A DNA stretch of 63,158 nucleotides, counting the filler, from Asterionella formosa (taxonomy: Eukaryota), in NCBI GenBank assembly GCA_002256025.1. It is 15 parts of 15 records of this genome, joined end to end, with 100 filler letters (N's around TTAATTAATTAA, not from the genome) between each part and the next. Parts side by side here need not be neighbours in the genome. Positions count along the whole stretch, not along the records: positions 61,809 to 63,158 come from NKIB01002878.1; 14 more parts are not named here. One strand, written 5' to 3'. Below are positions 61,709 to 63,158 of the stretch, piece by piece. The translations under genes and the position numbers were made by a program. Numbering within the stretch: position 1 is the stretch's first letter; each line of letters starts with the position of its first letter. Below the pieces are notes generated by a model. That model saw nothing but the letters and a program-made list of their open reading frames with translations, did not search any database and was not told the origin of the DNA.

Positions 61709-63158
61709 NNNNNNNNNNNNNNNNNNNNNNNNNNNNNNNNNNNNNNNNNNNNTTAATTAATTAANNNNNNNNNNNNNNNNNNNNNNNNNNNNNNNNNNNN
61801 NNNNNNNNGTGGAAAACAATGGACATATAGTGCATTGAGTATTTTCGAATTATGTATATGCGAGTATGATCATCTCAACCATATCAGATGTTCCATATCG
61901 AGAGCGCGTTTGAATTTTATAAATGTATAACACTTTATATATATATATATTTACAAATTTTATTTCTATATCCATGATATATACATTTTTCAAATCGTTC
62001 TGTCATGTTAACAAACAATGCCTGCTGCTTCATGAAAAGATACGTCGTAGTAAAGCACATGACAAGAAAAGAAATTTTTTGCAATACATAACGAAAAACA
62101 TTGTGACTTCGACACATTGCGCCTTCGAAGGATGGAGAATGTTTAAGGTAATATAATGAAGCCATCAATGTGGTACTTGGATGACAATCGTTGGGAGGCA
62201 GGACAACAACAAATTGTTAACTAAACGCAGCCACATTTCCTTTTTTCTCAGTTGATTAAACAGCTCGTTTCGCTTGTTAGGGAGCACCAATGTAAAACAA
62301 AACCAAACCAAATTGCGTAAGTGCTCTTGTCGCTCGTTGGACCTATTCACTTCTGTTGGAACAAAGCTGACAAAACGTTTACCTTCTCTCAAAGTTAAGA
62401 TGACAAAAATGTACCGGTAAGTTTATTCAACAACATTGGATACCCGAAACTTACTTATTCAAGAATTTGGCTTACTGACAAGTTACTATTACAGACTTAT
62501 GCATCAGTTGCATTGATTTGTGGTAAGTGAAGCAAGAGGATACGATGGAATTGCGTGTCGTTGTTTCAATGTAACATGACTACTTGCTAACAAATCATTC
62601 CTTCTCATTGTTTCTGTAACTGCATAGGTTGCTGCAATGTCAATTGAATCCTCGACTCAAATGAAAGAACTCTGCAATACAGTTGAATGGTGAGTGTGTT
62701 CTTGTTGTGTACCTAAATGCTAGTATGGCTTGTCAGCTCACGCATTGTTGTTGACAACAGGCAGGGACAATGAAGTCCGGAATGAACTGTGTGTTGCTTT
62801 CTGCTGTTGCTAATTCTATCAAATACATTACTGACACACTGTTGTTATGAAAATCTCTGCAGGTCAATGAAGAAGTCATTTCAAGTACAAGAAGGAAATC
62901 AGTGTGTGAGGATGCATTCATGTTGCAACTTCGTAGAATGATGCCTGTTCAAGAGTGAATAATTTCCCCCTTCTGAATGAATGGCTTCTCCTTGTCTTGC
63001 AATGTCCTTACAGATGTCTCATAATGCCTGCCTTCTCAAGACTGAAGATTCCATTCTGATAGAACAGCTTTGTTTGATTGCATATCGAGATTTGTTTCCC
63101 ATGTAATGTGAAATACCGGTTGTTGAATTAGTAATCAACATTATTTGATAGTACTTTT

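Overview
Eukaryotic nuclear DNA from a draft assembly, almost certainly a diatom or related heterokont alga. Evidence: GT-AG introns, three proteins with ASAFAP-type bipartite plastid presequences, a light-harvesting (FCP/LHC) gene and diatom-type Copia (CoDi) elements. Contigs are joined by N-runs carrying an artificial TTAATTAATTAA linker, so adjacency across gaps is uncertain. Small islands of host genes sit among nested, mostly degraded transposons (Copia, Penelope-like, LINE-like, Mutator-like, pogo-like, Harbinger-like) and a multi-copy non-coding element with a conserved terminus. The host genes are a GT14/Branch-like glycosyltransferase, a plastid membrane protein, NRT2, HIP, a ubiquitin-like protein, IleRS, a mitochondrial carrier, an orphan membrane protein and an LHC. 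The most striking unexplained signal is a highly iterated palindrome family (TACCGGTA and (GGTACCW)n). It is strongly over-represented, was not seen in intact exons, clusters upstream of host genes, and appears in at least two places to have arisen by insertion of CCGGTA at a TA. Other leads: a non-GG ubiquitin-like protein with a Cys/His tail, an NRT2 with unusual polar substitutions, and Copia elements with an in-frame stop plus a hydrophobic segment between Gag and protease. All assignments come from reading the sequence and recalled family motifs; no searches were run, and relic boundaries are approximate.
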